NCBI GenBank assembly: GCA_050331415.1
Contig: JBHJGW010000106.1
Coordinates: 1 to 47,840 of the forward strand
Source of the DNA: Opitutales bacterium
GTDB lineage: Bacteria > Verrucomicrobiota > Verrucomicrobiia > Opitutales > Cerasicoccaceae
DNA: 47,840 bases
Direction of reading: 5' to 3'
Shown: one piece after another, positions 28,016-36,515 of the stretch
Layout of the letters: every line of letters begins with the position of its first letter
How positions within the stretch are numbered: position 1 is the first letter of the stretch
Notes under the pieces: generated by a model
The model's database searches: none
Told to the model about the DNA's origin: nothing
What the model saw: the letters and a program-made list of their open reading frames with translations, nothing else
Translations under genes and position numbers: made by a program

Positions 28016-28722
28016 GCCACGACCTCCTCTTTGGTGCCGCTCTCGACCAGTTGTCCCTTTTCGAGGTGCAGGGTCCGGGCAGCGGCCGACGCGGCAAGTG
28101 CGTCGTGAGTCACCATGACGATCGTTTTGCCGTAATCCGTAGCCAAGGCCTTGAGGAGGTTCAAAATCGCCGTACCGGACTCCCGGTCGAGGTCGCCGGT
28201 CGGCTCGTCAGCAACCAGCAACCCAGGGTTGGCAACGATCGCCCGCGCAATCGCCACACGCTGCTCCTGGCCACCAGAAAGCTCGGTCGGCCGGTGCTCG
28301 GAGCGGTCCGCGAGACCGACAAGCTCGAGGGCCTCCGTCACGCGCCGACGGCGTTCGCGACGGGTTAGAGATTTGTCCAGCAGGAGCGGCAGCTCCACAT
28401 TCTCGAAGGCCGTCAGAATCGGCACAAGGTGGTACAGCTGGAAGATGTAGCCGCAGTGCCGGGAACGCCAGCGAGTCAGTTCCGCCCGCGACAGCCTGGC
28501 GAGGTCGTGCCCGTCCACGTGTAGCTCACCGGCGGTAGGTTGGTCGATGCCCGCGATCAAGTTGAGCAGCGTGGTCTTGCCCGAACCCGAGGGGCCCATC
28601 AGCGCAAGGAATTCGCCGCGGGGGACATCGAGATCGAGCTGTTCGAGGGGCGTAACGGTCGTGCGCCCTTTTTGATAGGATTTGGTCAGTCCGCGGCAGC
28701 GGATAAAGCTTTCGGTTTCCAT
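28012..28722 (-). CDS. ABC transporter ATP-binding protein (MacB/LolD-type)
   Basis: Walker [13 protein letters not shown]. Signature [14 protein letters not shown]. Walker [14 protein letters not shown]-loop VMVTHD. Confidence 0.9.
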   Translation of the reverse strand: METESFIRCRGLTKSYQKGRTTVTPLEQLDLDVPRGEFLALMGPSGSGKTTLLNLIAGIDQPTAGELHVDGHDLARLSRAELTRWRSRHCGYIFQLYHLVPILTAFENVELPLLLDKSLTRRERRRRVTEALELVGLADRSEHRPTELSGGQEQRVAIARAIVANPGLLVADEPTGDLDRESGTAILNLLKALATDYGKTIVMVTHDALAASAAARTLHLEKGQLVESGTKEEVVA

Positions 28723-28740
28723 TCCGGTTGCAGCAGAAGT

Positions 28741-30198
28741 TCAGGTCTCCGGCATCGAGCGAGCTTCGACACGCTCGCCGCTTTCCAGGCCGGCAGGTGG
28801 GTTTACGACGACTCGCTCGCCGGGCTTCAGCCCTTCGGCAACCCGCGTATAGCCTTCCCGAGACTCGGGGGCCAAGGTGATCGCCTTTCGGCGAACGCGC
28901 TCGCCGTCCTGGCCGATTACCCAAACCTCGGCGGACGTACCGGAGCGGCCCAGGAGCGCACTTTCAGGGACGTACAGGCGCACCCGGGTCATCGCCGCGG
29001 GACGCTCCGCTGCGCGGTCGCCGCCACCCGCGGCCAGGAATTCCGCTCGGCAGAGCATCTCCGGGCGCAGACGGTCGTCGGGGTCGAGCAGCTCGACCTT
29101 GGCCTGCAGGGTGTTGCGCTGCAGGTCGGCCTCGCCGGTGATACGGGTTACGCGACCCTGCAGCTCGACGTCGGGAAGAAAATTGGTTCGCAGCCTTACG
29201 GCCTGCCCGAGCCGCAACTGCGCAGCCTCGGCCAGCGGCACATCGATCCGGGCTTGCAGGCTCTCCGGGTCATAAAGATAGGCAATGGCTGCGGAATCGT
29301 GATTGTCCGGACCTAACATGCGCTGCTGGCCAGGTAAGGCGAAAAGCCGCATTACGCGACCCTCAATCGGCGAGGTGATCCGGTGCCGCCGGAGAGCAAG
29401 CTCCCGACGTGCCACCTCGGTTTCCGCGAGGGCGACCCCCGCCTCCGCTTCAGCATAGCGGCTCTGGAGCTGCTGAATCTGGGCCTCCGTCTCCGCCACC
29501 TCCGACTGCAACGCAGCAACCTCGGCCTCCTGGGTGACAGCGGCCTGACGGCTCTGGTCGATATCAATCTGTGGAACGGCCTCGCGCCCTGCCCCTGCGA
29601 GGCGGTCGGCGGCGTCGCGCCGGTAATCGCGCATTGCCGATGCCCCTCGAATCCGTTCGGCAAGGGTCGTCAGTTTAGCGCGCGCAGCGGCAACGGCCGC
29701 CTCGTTGGCATTGACCGTCGCCCTCGCTGCCTGAAGTGATGCGCGGGCTGTCTGGAGATCCAGCCGGGCGTCGTCGTCGATCAGGGTCGCCAGAACCACG
29801 CCTTTTTCAACGGTTTCGCCTTCGAGGACAAAAACCTCGTCGACGACACCGGAAACCAGTGTCGAGACCTTGGTCGGCAGGGGGTCGGGTTCGATCCACC
29901 CGGTTGCCTGAAATAAAACCGGGGCCTGGAAAGGGTCGGAAGCGCCGACCGAGGCGCCTTCCCGCAGATCGATAGGCTCGGCGCCCGGGTCCTCGGGCAA
30001 GGTGACTACATTGGCTATCTGGACCGGCCGCGCAGGGAGCAGGCGCTCGCCAAACAGCAGCGCCATGAGCAAGGTAAAGCCAAGGATCAGGCCTACCGGG
30101 ATACTGAGGGAAAGTAATCGTCCGCGGTTGCGTTGCGGCGGAGGACTACCGGAAGGGCCAGGGTTGCCCAGAAGGGAATTCAACTGTTCTGAAGCCAT
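28741..30198 (-). CDS. HlyD-family membrane fusion protein (periplasmic adaptor)
   Basis: N-terminal TM anchor, long coiled-coil hairpin (AALQSEVAETEAQIQQLQSRYAEAEAGVALAE), beta-barrel C-terminus. First gene of the exporter operon. Confidence 0.8.
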   Translation of the reverse strand: MASEQLNSLLGNPGPSGSPPPQRNRGRLLSLSIPVGLILGFTLLMALLFGERLLPARPVQIANVVTLPEDPGAEPIDLREGASVGASDPFQAPVLFQATGWIEPDPLPTKVSTLVSGVVDEVFVLEGETVEKGVVLATLIDDDARLDLQTARASLQAARATVNANEAAVAAARAKLTTLAERIRGASAMRDYRRDAADRLAGAGREAVPQIDIDQSRQAAVTQEAEVAALQSEVAETEAQIQQLQSRYAEAEAGVALAETEVARRELALRRHRITSPIEGRVMRLFALPGQQRMLGPDNHDSAAIAYLYDPESLQARIDVPLAEAAQLRLGQAVRLRTNFLPDVELQGRVTRITGEADLQRNTLQAKVELLDPDDRLRPEMLCRAEFLAAGGGDRAAERPAAMTRVRLYVPESALLGRSGTSAEVWVIGQDGERVRRKAITLAPESREGYTRVAEGLKPGERVVVNPPAGLESGERVEARSMPET

Positions 30199-30320
30199 GC
30201 ACAATTCAAGCTAGATGGTCGGGAATCCATGTAACGGTCGCACTGCGACAGTACACGGGAACGGCCGCGAAACGCCGCGACCTCATGAGGCCTCACACGC
30301 GAGGCCGTCAAACCACCAGC

Positions 30321-30716
30321 TCAGTTGAGCCGCTTCTGAAGCAACGCGAGGCGTTGCGTGACCGGCAAGACCGGGGGGTCGTGCCCACGGGGAACCCGCT
30401 GCCGCATTTGGTCGGCCAGCGAGAAGGTCTCCGGACGAGAAGCTGCGACCGCGGAAACCGGAAGCGCAATCGCGTCAACGCCCGTCCGCGACATAACGCC
30501 CAAAACCTCTGGAGACTTTTCCGCCTGTTCGCAAAGGCACGTCGGCGCCGAATTACTACCTTCTTCCGATTGGCAGCAGTTATCCCGCGCGCTCACTTGG
30601 GTCGTGCAGCAGTCATCCATCGACCCCCGAGCCAACTGAGCCGCTGCGCAAACGCGAAACGGGCCACTGAGTGACAAAAGGAAGATGATGACCAGTGAGC
30701 GGAGCATCGACATCAA
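30321..30716 (-). CDS. Small Cys-rich exported protein (131 aa) upstream of the exporter operon
   Basis: Signal peptide MLRSLVIIFLLSLSGPFRVCAAA. Cys cluster DDCCTTQVSARDNCCQSEEGSNSAPTCLCEQ. Shares the motif D-x-C-C-[EQ]-[DS]-x-E with the lipoprotein at 25104-25664. Overlapped by two plus-strand ORFs, so coding status is moderate. Confidence 0.4.
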   Translation of the reverse strand: MMSMLRSLVIIFLLSLSGPFRVCAAAQLARGSMDDCCTTQVSARDNCCQSEEGSNSAPTCLCEQAEKSPEVLGVMSRTGVDAIALPVSAVAASRPETFSLADQMRQRVPRGHDPPVLPVTQRLALLQKRLN

Positions 30717-30781
30717 GTAGAACGGGAACGAGCCCCGGCGTCAACCCTGCGGGACACCGAGGCCGAAACCAACCTTACTGT

Positions 30782-31045
30782 TTAGTAAATCGTGCACGCC
30801 GAGAGTTCCCTCACCACGACGGGTTCAATCGCGATAGACTCTCCGCCAATCCAAAAGGGAGCACCAGAGGTTCGCTTACCGGGTTTGCCCATTTCGACAT
30901 TGGCGCGATTGGATTCCGATACTACCAACCGACCCTCCTCATCGAGACCCCTCTTCGAAGGGACCCATTTTTCAGCTGACGTAGGAACCTCTGGTCGAAA
31001 AATTCCGACCCCGCCAGCGGCGTTTGAGCCGGAAATGATTTTCAC
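30782..31045 (-). pseudogene. metH: Degenerate remnant of the MetH pterin-binding domain, in frame directly after the stop of the Hcy-domain ORF
   Basis: Translation immediately downstream of the stop (…VGIFRPEVPTSAEKW…PFWIGGESIAIEPVVV…) weakly matches E. coli MetH residues about 360-440 (…VGERTNVTGSAKF…LIAGEPDIARVPIMID…). The ORF then ends; the remaining ~900 codons of metH are absent. Confidence 0.4.
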
Positions 31046-32134
31046 CTACCCAAGGACCAGTGGCTCGAGGCCCGAAAGCCGCAAACGCGAGGGTTCATCG
31101 GCATATTTGCGCGCCGGGTATTGGCTGAGCACCTCGCGGATTTTCTGAATATGGCCCGGTGTCGTCCCGCAGCAGCCACCAACCACATTCAAAAGCCCGT
31201 CAGAAGCGAAGCCTTCGAGTGCTTTCGCGGTGTCAGGCGGGCCTTCGGGAAAGCCGGTTGGCGAGAGCGGGTCAGGCAGGCCTGCATTCGGATAGCAGGA
31301 AACCGCGCAAGGGCACAGCCGGGCAAGCTCCTCGATATAGGGGCGCATCAGGTCGGCGCCGAGTGCGCAGTTCATACCGACTGAGAGCGGTTTGGCGTGG
31401 CGTACGCTATTCCAGAAAGCCTCGGTGGTCTGCCCGCTGAGGGTGCGACCAGACTGGTCCGTAATCGTGCCGCTGATCATCACGGGCAGACGCTCGTCGC
31501 GTCCTTCGAAAAACTCTTCCACTGCAAAGATCGCAGCTTTCGCGTTCAGGGTATCGAAAATCGTCTCAATGAGGATCACGTCCACTCCACCCTGAACGAG
31601 GCTGCGCACCTGCTGCAGATACGCGTTCTTGACCTGATCAAAGGTGACTTCGCGCTTACCGGGGTCATTGACATCCCGGCTCATCGACAGCGTCCGATTG
31701 AGCGGCCCGATGGCTCCAGCCACCCACTTTTCGCCCAAACCGTCTGCCTCGGCATCATCGGCCTTCTGGCGAGCCAGCTTGGCAGCTTCGACGTTGAGCT
31801 CGTCGACGATTTCTTCGAGCCCGTAGTCAGCCTGGGAGATGGTCGTCGAGTTGAAGGTGTCCGTCTCGATCAGGTCGCTTCCGGCCTCCAGAAACGCGCG
31901 GTGGATTTCAGCGATGACATCTGGCTTGGTCAGCACCAGCAGGTCGTTGTTGCCTTTGAGGTCCGCCTTGTCCCAATCCTTAAACCGGTCGCCGCGATAA
32001 TCGGCTTCGGTGAGCTTTTTCTGCTGCACCATCGTGCCCATGGCACCATCGAGGTAAACAATGCGTTCGCCGAGCAGCTTGCGCAAGCGCTCGCCCTTTG
32101 CGGTGTACGGCTTTTTTCCGGAATGCGATGACAT
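31046..32134 (-). CDS. metH: Homocysteine S-methyltransferase (Hcy-binding) domain protein; the N-terminal domain of cobalamin-dependent methionine synthase MetH, truncated at the domain boundary
   Basis: Near-collinear with E. coli MetH residues 1-353: LDGAMGT, LNAKAAIFAV, MISGTITDQSGRTLSGQTTEAFWNS, GMNCALG, YPNAGLP, GGCCGTTP, RLSGLEPL. Stop six codons after RLSGLEPL. Confidence 0.8.
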   Translation of the reverse strand: MSSHSGKKPYTAKGERLRKLLGERIVYLDGAMGTMVQQKKLTEADYRGDRFKDWDKADLKGNNDLLVLTKPDVIAEIHRAFLEAGSDLIETDTFNSTTISQADYGLEEIVDELNVEAAKLARQKADDAEADGLGEKWVAGAIGPLNRTLSMSRDVNDPGKREVTFDQVKNAYLQQVRSLVQGGVDVILIETIFDTLNAKAAIFAVEEFFEGRDERLPVMISGTITDQSGRTLSGQTTEAFWNSVRHAKPLSVGMNCALGADLMRPYIEELARLCPCAVSCYPNAGLPDPLSPTGFPEGPPDTAKALEGFASDGLLNVVGGCCGTTPGHIQKIREVLSQYPARKYADEPSRLRLSGLEPLVLG

Positions 32135-32252
32135 ACCTATCAACATATCCGGATGAGTTGTTCTGTCGACAAAAATCTTTCGAACGCTGTTCGCCGCTTC
32201 TTTTCCTGCCGTGTCGGCTTTGAGGGGCGGTTCTACGCGCTGTTGGCATCTA

Positions 32253-32283
32253 CGAAAAACGGCGCCCTAGGAGGACGCCGTGC
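32253..32283 (-). terminator. Intrinsic terminator downstream of the RRM gene
   Basis: On the minus-sense transcript, hairpin ACGGCGTCC-uccua-GGGCGCCGU followed by UUUUU. Confidence 0.5.
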
Positions 32284-32355
32284 GTGGCAAGCCCTAAAGC
32301 GCCCGGCCGAGAATGGGCGGGCACACGGGCGCTGCATCAAAGGCGGCAAAACCGA

Positions 32356-32850
32356 CTAATCGTCGTCGCGGCGCATGGGGCTGCGACGGTCCCGACCGGT
32401 CTGACCACGCTTCGGGCCCTGTTGTCGGGGACGGGAAATGTCACCTTCGCCGAAATCACGAGGCGGGGGGCGATCACCAAAATCCCGGCGCGGCGGGCCA
32501 CCGGGGCCGTCGCGGCGCGGCGGGCGGTCACCAAAGTCGCGACGAGGCGGCCGGTCGCCGAAATCACGGCGTGGCGGGCGATCGCCAAAGCTTTTGCGGG
32601 GTTTGAATTCGCGCTCTCTGGCCGCATTGACCTTGAGCGGGCGACCGCCGAAATCGGCGCCGTTCAGGTTTTCAATCGCGTTTTCCGCTTCGCCGTCGTC
32701 GGGCATGGTTACAAAACCAAAGCCCTTGCTGCGACCGGTCTCGCGGTCCATGATGATGGTGGCTTTCGTGACGCTTCCAAATTCAGCGAAAACATCCGCC
32801 AATTCATTGTCTTCCGTCTCGTAAGGCAGATTGCCAACGTAGATGTCCAT
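32356..32850 (-). CDS. RRM-type RNA-binding protein with C-terminal DFGDRPPRR tandem repeats
   Basis: RNP2 IYVGNL and RNP1 KGFGFVTM. Four to five repeats of FGDRPPRRD, encoded by roughly 27-bp DNA repeats. Confidence 0.9.
   Translation of the reverse strand: MDIYVGNLPYETEDNELADVFAEFGSVTKATIIMDRETGRSKGFGFVTMPDDGEAENAIENLNGADFGGRPLKVNAAREREFKPRKSFGDRPPRRDFGDRPPRRDFGDRPPRRDGPGGPPRRDFGDRPPPRDFGEGDISRPRQQGPKRGQTGRDRRSPMRRDDD
32437..32604. repeat. Tandem ~27-bp coding repeats (DFGDRPPRR units) inside the RRM gene
   Basis: Repeated gtcacc/gtcgcc-aaa(g/a)tc-(a/g)cg-(a/g)cg-(a/g)ggcgg units. Multiple spurious overlapping ORFs arise here. Confidence 0.8.
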
Positions 32851-33057
32851 TTAACGTGTCTTGTCCTAATCTATGAATCAATGATGCCGGTGGTCGTATT
32901 CAGTGCAGAGGGGTCGGCATCGAGTCGCACGCTGCGCTGTCCCCGGTTGACCGGTGCCTGTAAAGACACACGGCCCAGGATACAGTTTGTAGCATGCTCG
33001 GAGATTTTACCGATGGCAAGGCGATTGCGCTCGCCAAAGCAAAGAATTTTCCTAACT

Positions 33058-33087
33058 CAAAAAGCGCGGAATCCAGTGGATGCGCTG
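33058..33087 (-). terminator. Possible intrinsic terminator downstream of pheS
   Basis: Minus-sense AGCGC-AUCC-acu-GGAU-ucc-GCGCU followed by UUUUU. Weak, interrupted stem. Confidence 0.3.
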
Positions 33088-33153
33088 TACTGCCAAAATG
33101 GCCGTCAACGTACTCGGTTTTATGCTCGCTGTTACCGCCGGTGACGGTGCAGG

Positions 33154-34194
33154 TCACGCAAATTGCGCGAGGAACCGTACGTCATTAGTGTAAAAGTGGC
33201 GGATGTCGTCGATGCCGTGGCGAAGCATGCAGAGGCGCTCGATGCCCATGCCGAACGCGAAGCCGCTCCATTGTGCGGGATCGAGTTCACAAGCTATGAG
33301 GACCTCTGGGTCGACAAGCCCGCAGCCGCCAAGCTCGATCCACTGGTTGGAAAGACGGCCAAAGTCCGGCGCGCGCATGTCGATCTCAAACGATGGCTCG
33401 GTAAACGGGAAAAACGACGGGCGGAACCGCGTTTCTGCGCCTTCGCCGAAGAGTTCCTTGATGAGGTAGTCGAGAGTGCCCTTGAGATCGAGCAAGGTCA
33501 CCCGGCTATCGATGTAAAGCCCTTCGCACTGGTGAAAATTCGCACTGTGGGTGGCATCCACCGTATCGCGGCGGAACACGCGCCCAGGCGAAATGATCCG
33601 CAGCGGCGGTGGCTCGACCAGCATGGTGCGGATCTGTACCGTCGAGGTGTGCGAGCGGAGGATATAGCGCTCGCCGCCGTGTTTCGTGACGTTGCCCACG
33701 CGGGCATTGTCGGCCAGGAAGAGCGTATCCTGCTCGTCGCGGGCCGGGTGGTCCTCCGGCGTATTGAGCGCGTCGAAGCAGAACCACTCCGTCTCAATTT
33801 CGGGACCCTCAGCCACACTGAAGCCGATACGTCCAAGCGCACTTTCGATTTCCCGGCGAGTTTGAGTCAACGGATGAAGAGGTACGGGCCGCGGGTGGAC
33901 CGACGGCAGCGTCGGGTCTACGGGAGGCCCGAGGCGCGCCGCTGTTTCCGCTGCCTCGATCCGCTCGAGCGTTTCCGCATAGGCGGCTTCCACCTCGTTT
34001 TTTGCCTCGTTAATCAGTTTGCCAAAGGCCGGGCGTTCCTCTTTGGGCACGTCCTTCATGCCTTTCATCGCCGCGGTCAACTTGCCGTTCGGCCCGCTGA
34101 TAGTCGCTTTGAACTGCTCGAACTCCGGGCGCGTGCGGATTGCCGGCACGGCTGCTTTAACTTCGTCGACGATGGCTTGGAGCTGGTCTTTCAT
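33154..34194 (-). CDS. pheS: Phenylalanine--tRNA ligase alpha subunit
   Basis: Class II aaRS motifs: FHQCEGLYID, FRPSFFPFTEPSFEIDM, GCGLVDPEVL, GFAFGMGIERLCMLRHGIDDIR. Confidence 0.9.
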   Translation of the reverse strand: MKDQLQAIVDEVKAAVPAIRTRPEFEQFKATISGPNGKLTAAMKGMKDVPKEERPAFGKLINEAKNEVEAAYAETLERIEAAETAARLGPPVDPTLPSVHPRPVPLHPLTQTRREIESALGRIGFSVAEGPEIETEWFCFDALNTPEDHPARDEQDTLFLADNARVGNVTKHGGERYILRSHTSTVQIRTMLVEPPPLRIISPGRVFRRDTVDATHSANFHQCEGLYIDSRVTLLDLKGTLDYLIKELFGEGAETRFRPSFFPFTEPSFEIDMRAPDFGRLSNQWIELGGCGLVDPEVLIACELDPAQWSGFAFGMGIERLCMLRHGIDDIRHFYTNDVRFLAQFA

Positions 34195-34798
34195 GGGCGT
34201 TGCCTAGTCCTTAGTCAGCTCGCCATCGGTCCGTCTAGTTAATTCAGGGTTTGCCGGTTGATGAGACACTTTTCTCAGGTTCCGCACGTTAGACGATCCG
34301 CCGCGCCTCGCGAATGACTGCCCCGCAGCTGGCATGCAGAGAGCGGGGATGGCTGGGCGAAAACAATCGCAACTTTTTCCATTGCGTCGACTCTTGCCGT
34401 ATGCGATACGTTTAGACTTGGCCGGGTCCCGTGCAACGGACACCCGCGAACTCCCCCAGGGCAGGAATGCAGCAAGGGTAGCGAGGATGTGCGTGTGCCG
34501 CGGGGTGCCTGGCCTTTTTTGCGCCCATCCGACAGGCGCTGCGCATCGTAAGATCGGCGTAAGCCATTGCCATTGAACGAAATGGAGCTTGGGTTTTGGA
34601 AAGCGCTCGTCGCTTGCCGCCATTTCCAAAGCGCCCACTATTTGGCAAATTTGGGTCTCTTGGCATTTTTTTCTGGGCTGCCGATGCCCCCTGCGTGGGA
34701 TCTGCTGTGCCGGAAGGCAGATGCACACTTGAAAACGTGAGGCACTCTGCACAAGCTTCCCTGTCGCAACGCCCTGCACCCGTGCAGCGAAACACCTG

Positions 34799-36466
34799 AT
34801 GGAACGCCAATACTTCGCCCGCCGCCCCGCCCTTTTCACGCCGCTCCGCTCGATTTGCGGAGTCATTTCCGTGCTTTTGCTGGCCCTGCTGACCGGCTGC
34901 GGTGGCGGACTTCCCAATGTCGAGGAAGCCGCTGACCAGGACATCCTTCTGGTGGGCAACGGGACGGAGCCGCCGTCACTGGATCCCCATCTTTCTACGG
35001 ATGTCAGCTCCGGGCAGGTCATCAGCGCGCTCCTCGAAGGTCTCGTCAACCACCATCCGAGCGACTCGGAGCAGGTCATTCCGGGTGTCGCGGAGAGCTG
35101 GTCGCACGAAGGCAATTTCCAAGTCTGGACGTTCAATCTGCGCCCGGATGCCAAATGGAGCAACGGGGACCCGGTTACCGCTCAGGATTTCGCCTACGCC
35201 TACGAACGGATCCTCACCCCCGACCTGGCCTCGCAGTATGCGCAGATGCTCTACTTTCTGAAAGGTGCCGAAGCCTTCAACAAAGGCGAAACGAACGACT
35301 TCAGCGAGGTCGGCGTCGAAGTGATCGACGATCATACCTTGCGTCTGAGTCTGATTGGTTCGACGCCGTATTTCCTCACGGTGCTGACGCATACCTCGTG
35401 GTTTCCGGTGCATCCCCCGAGTATCGAGGCGCAACCCGGCGGCATGACCAACCTCAGCGGGGCCTGGACCAAGGGAGATTACGTCGGCAACGGGCCCTTT
35501 GTCCTTACCGAATGGAAACCGGAGCAGCACATTTACGTCACCCAGAACCTGCAATATTGGGACCGGCCCAACGTCAGGCTGCAGGGCATCTATTTCTTCC
35601 CGATTACCGACTACGAAGCCGAGTGGCGGATGTTCCAGGGCGGGCAGTTGCACGTCACCCAGATTGTACCGACCAGCCGCATCCCGGGCCTCGCGGCGGA
35701 CGCGCCGCCGGAATTCCACGCGGATCCCTACCTGGGCACCTACTATTTTCGTTTCAACACCACGGTCGCGCCGTTCGACGATGTCCGCGTCCGGCGTGCC
35801 CTGGCGATGGCGATAGACCGTGAAGAAGTGATTCGCCTCGGGACCAAAGGCGGGCAGCAACCGGCCTACACCTTCGTTCCGCCCATGTTCGACAACTACG
35901 AAGGGCCCGATGGCATCAAGTACGATGTCGAAGGCGCAAAGGCTTTGCTGGCGGATGCGGGATTCCCGAATGGTGAGGGGTTCCCGGAAGTGACGCTGAG
36001 CTTTAACACGTCCGAAGCCCACCGGGCAGTCGCGGAGGTGGTCCAGCGGGACTGGGAGCGTGACCTGGGAATCGATGTGACTTTGGAGAACGCGGAATGG
36101 GGCGTCTTTCTGGACCGCATCAACCAGCTCGATTACCAGGTGGCGCGTTCCGGCTGGATTGGGGACTTCATGGACCCATACACCTTCCTCGAACTGATGC
36201 GCAGCGGGAACGGCAACAACCGCACCGGCTGGAGTAACGAACGCTACGACCAGCTCATGCACGAGGCCATCACCGCCAAAACGCGAGAGGGGCACTACGC
36301 GAAGCTTCGCGAAGGCGAACAGATTCTGATGGAAGAGATGCCGGTGGCTCCCATTTATACTTATGTCAACCACTACATGCTCGATCCGCGGGTGCAGAAC
36401 TGGAATCCAAAACTGCGCGATAAACGACCGTGGAAGTTGATTGGCGTCGAAGGGATTGAGGACTGA
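34799..36466 (+). CDS. ABC transporter substrate-binding lipoprotein, peptide/nickel family 5 (OppA/DppA-like)
   Basis: Lipobox LLTGCGG. Family-5 SBP features: LVGNGTEPPSLDP, tryptophan-rich central region. Confidence 0.85.
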   Translation: MERQYFARRPALFTPLRSICGVISVLLLALLTGCGGGLPNVEEAADQDILLVGNGTEPPSLDPHLSTDVSSGQVISALLEGLVNHHPSDSEQVIPGVAESWSHEGNFQVWTFNLRPDAKWSNGDPVTAQDFAYAYERILTPDLASQYAQMLYFLKGAEAFNKGETNDFSEVGVEVIDDHTLRLSLIGSTPYFLTVLTHTSWFPVHPPSIEAQPGGMTNLSGAWTKGDYVGNGPFVLTEWKPEQHIYVTQNLQYWDRPNVRLQGIYFFPITDYEAEWRMFQGGQLHVTQIVPTSRIPGLAADAPPEFHADPYLGTYYFRFNTTVAPFDDVRVRRALAMAIDREEVIRLGTKGGQQPAYTFVPPMFDNYEGPDGIKYDVEGAKALLADAGFPNGEGFPEVTLSFNTSEAHRAVAEVVQRDWERDLGIDVTLENAEWGVFLDRINQLDYQVARSGWIGDFMDPYTFLELMRSGNGNNRTGWSNERYDQLMHEAITAKTREGHYAKLREGEQILMEEMPVAPIYTYVNHYMLDPRVQNWNPKLRDKRPWKLIGVEGIED

Positions 36467-36515
36467 GGAACGCCTCTGACGCAGCCCACTCCCACCGGCC
36501 TGACCTTTCCTGAGC

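Noticed and set aside
30285-30674. Plus-strand 129-aa and 93-aa ORFs overlapping the small Cys-rich gene
   Set aside because: Arg-rich, no signal or motif. The minus-strand ORF has a signal peptide and a motif shared with the operon's lipoprotein, so it is preferred, though with modest confidence.
33163-34242. 359-aa plus-strand ORF overlapping pheS
   Set aside because: Antisense to a clearly recognisable pheS; Arg/Ala-rich with no motifs.
34204-35163. 319-aa minus-strand ORF spanning the pheS/SBP intergenic region and the SBP start
   Set aside because: Arg/Ser/Cys/Pro-rich, no start context, runs antisense into the SBP gene.
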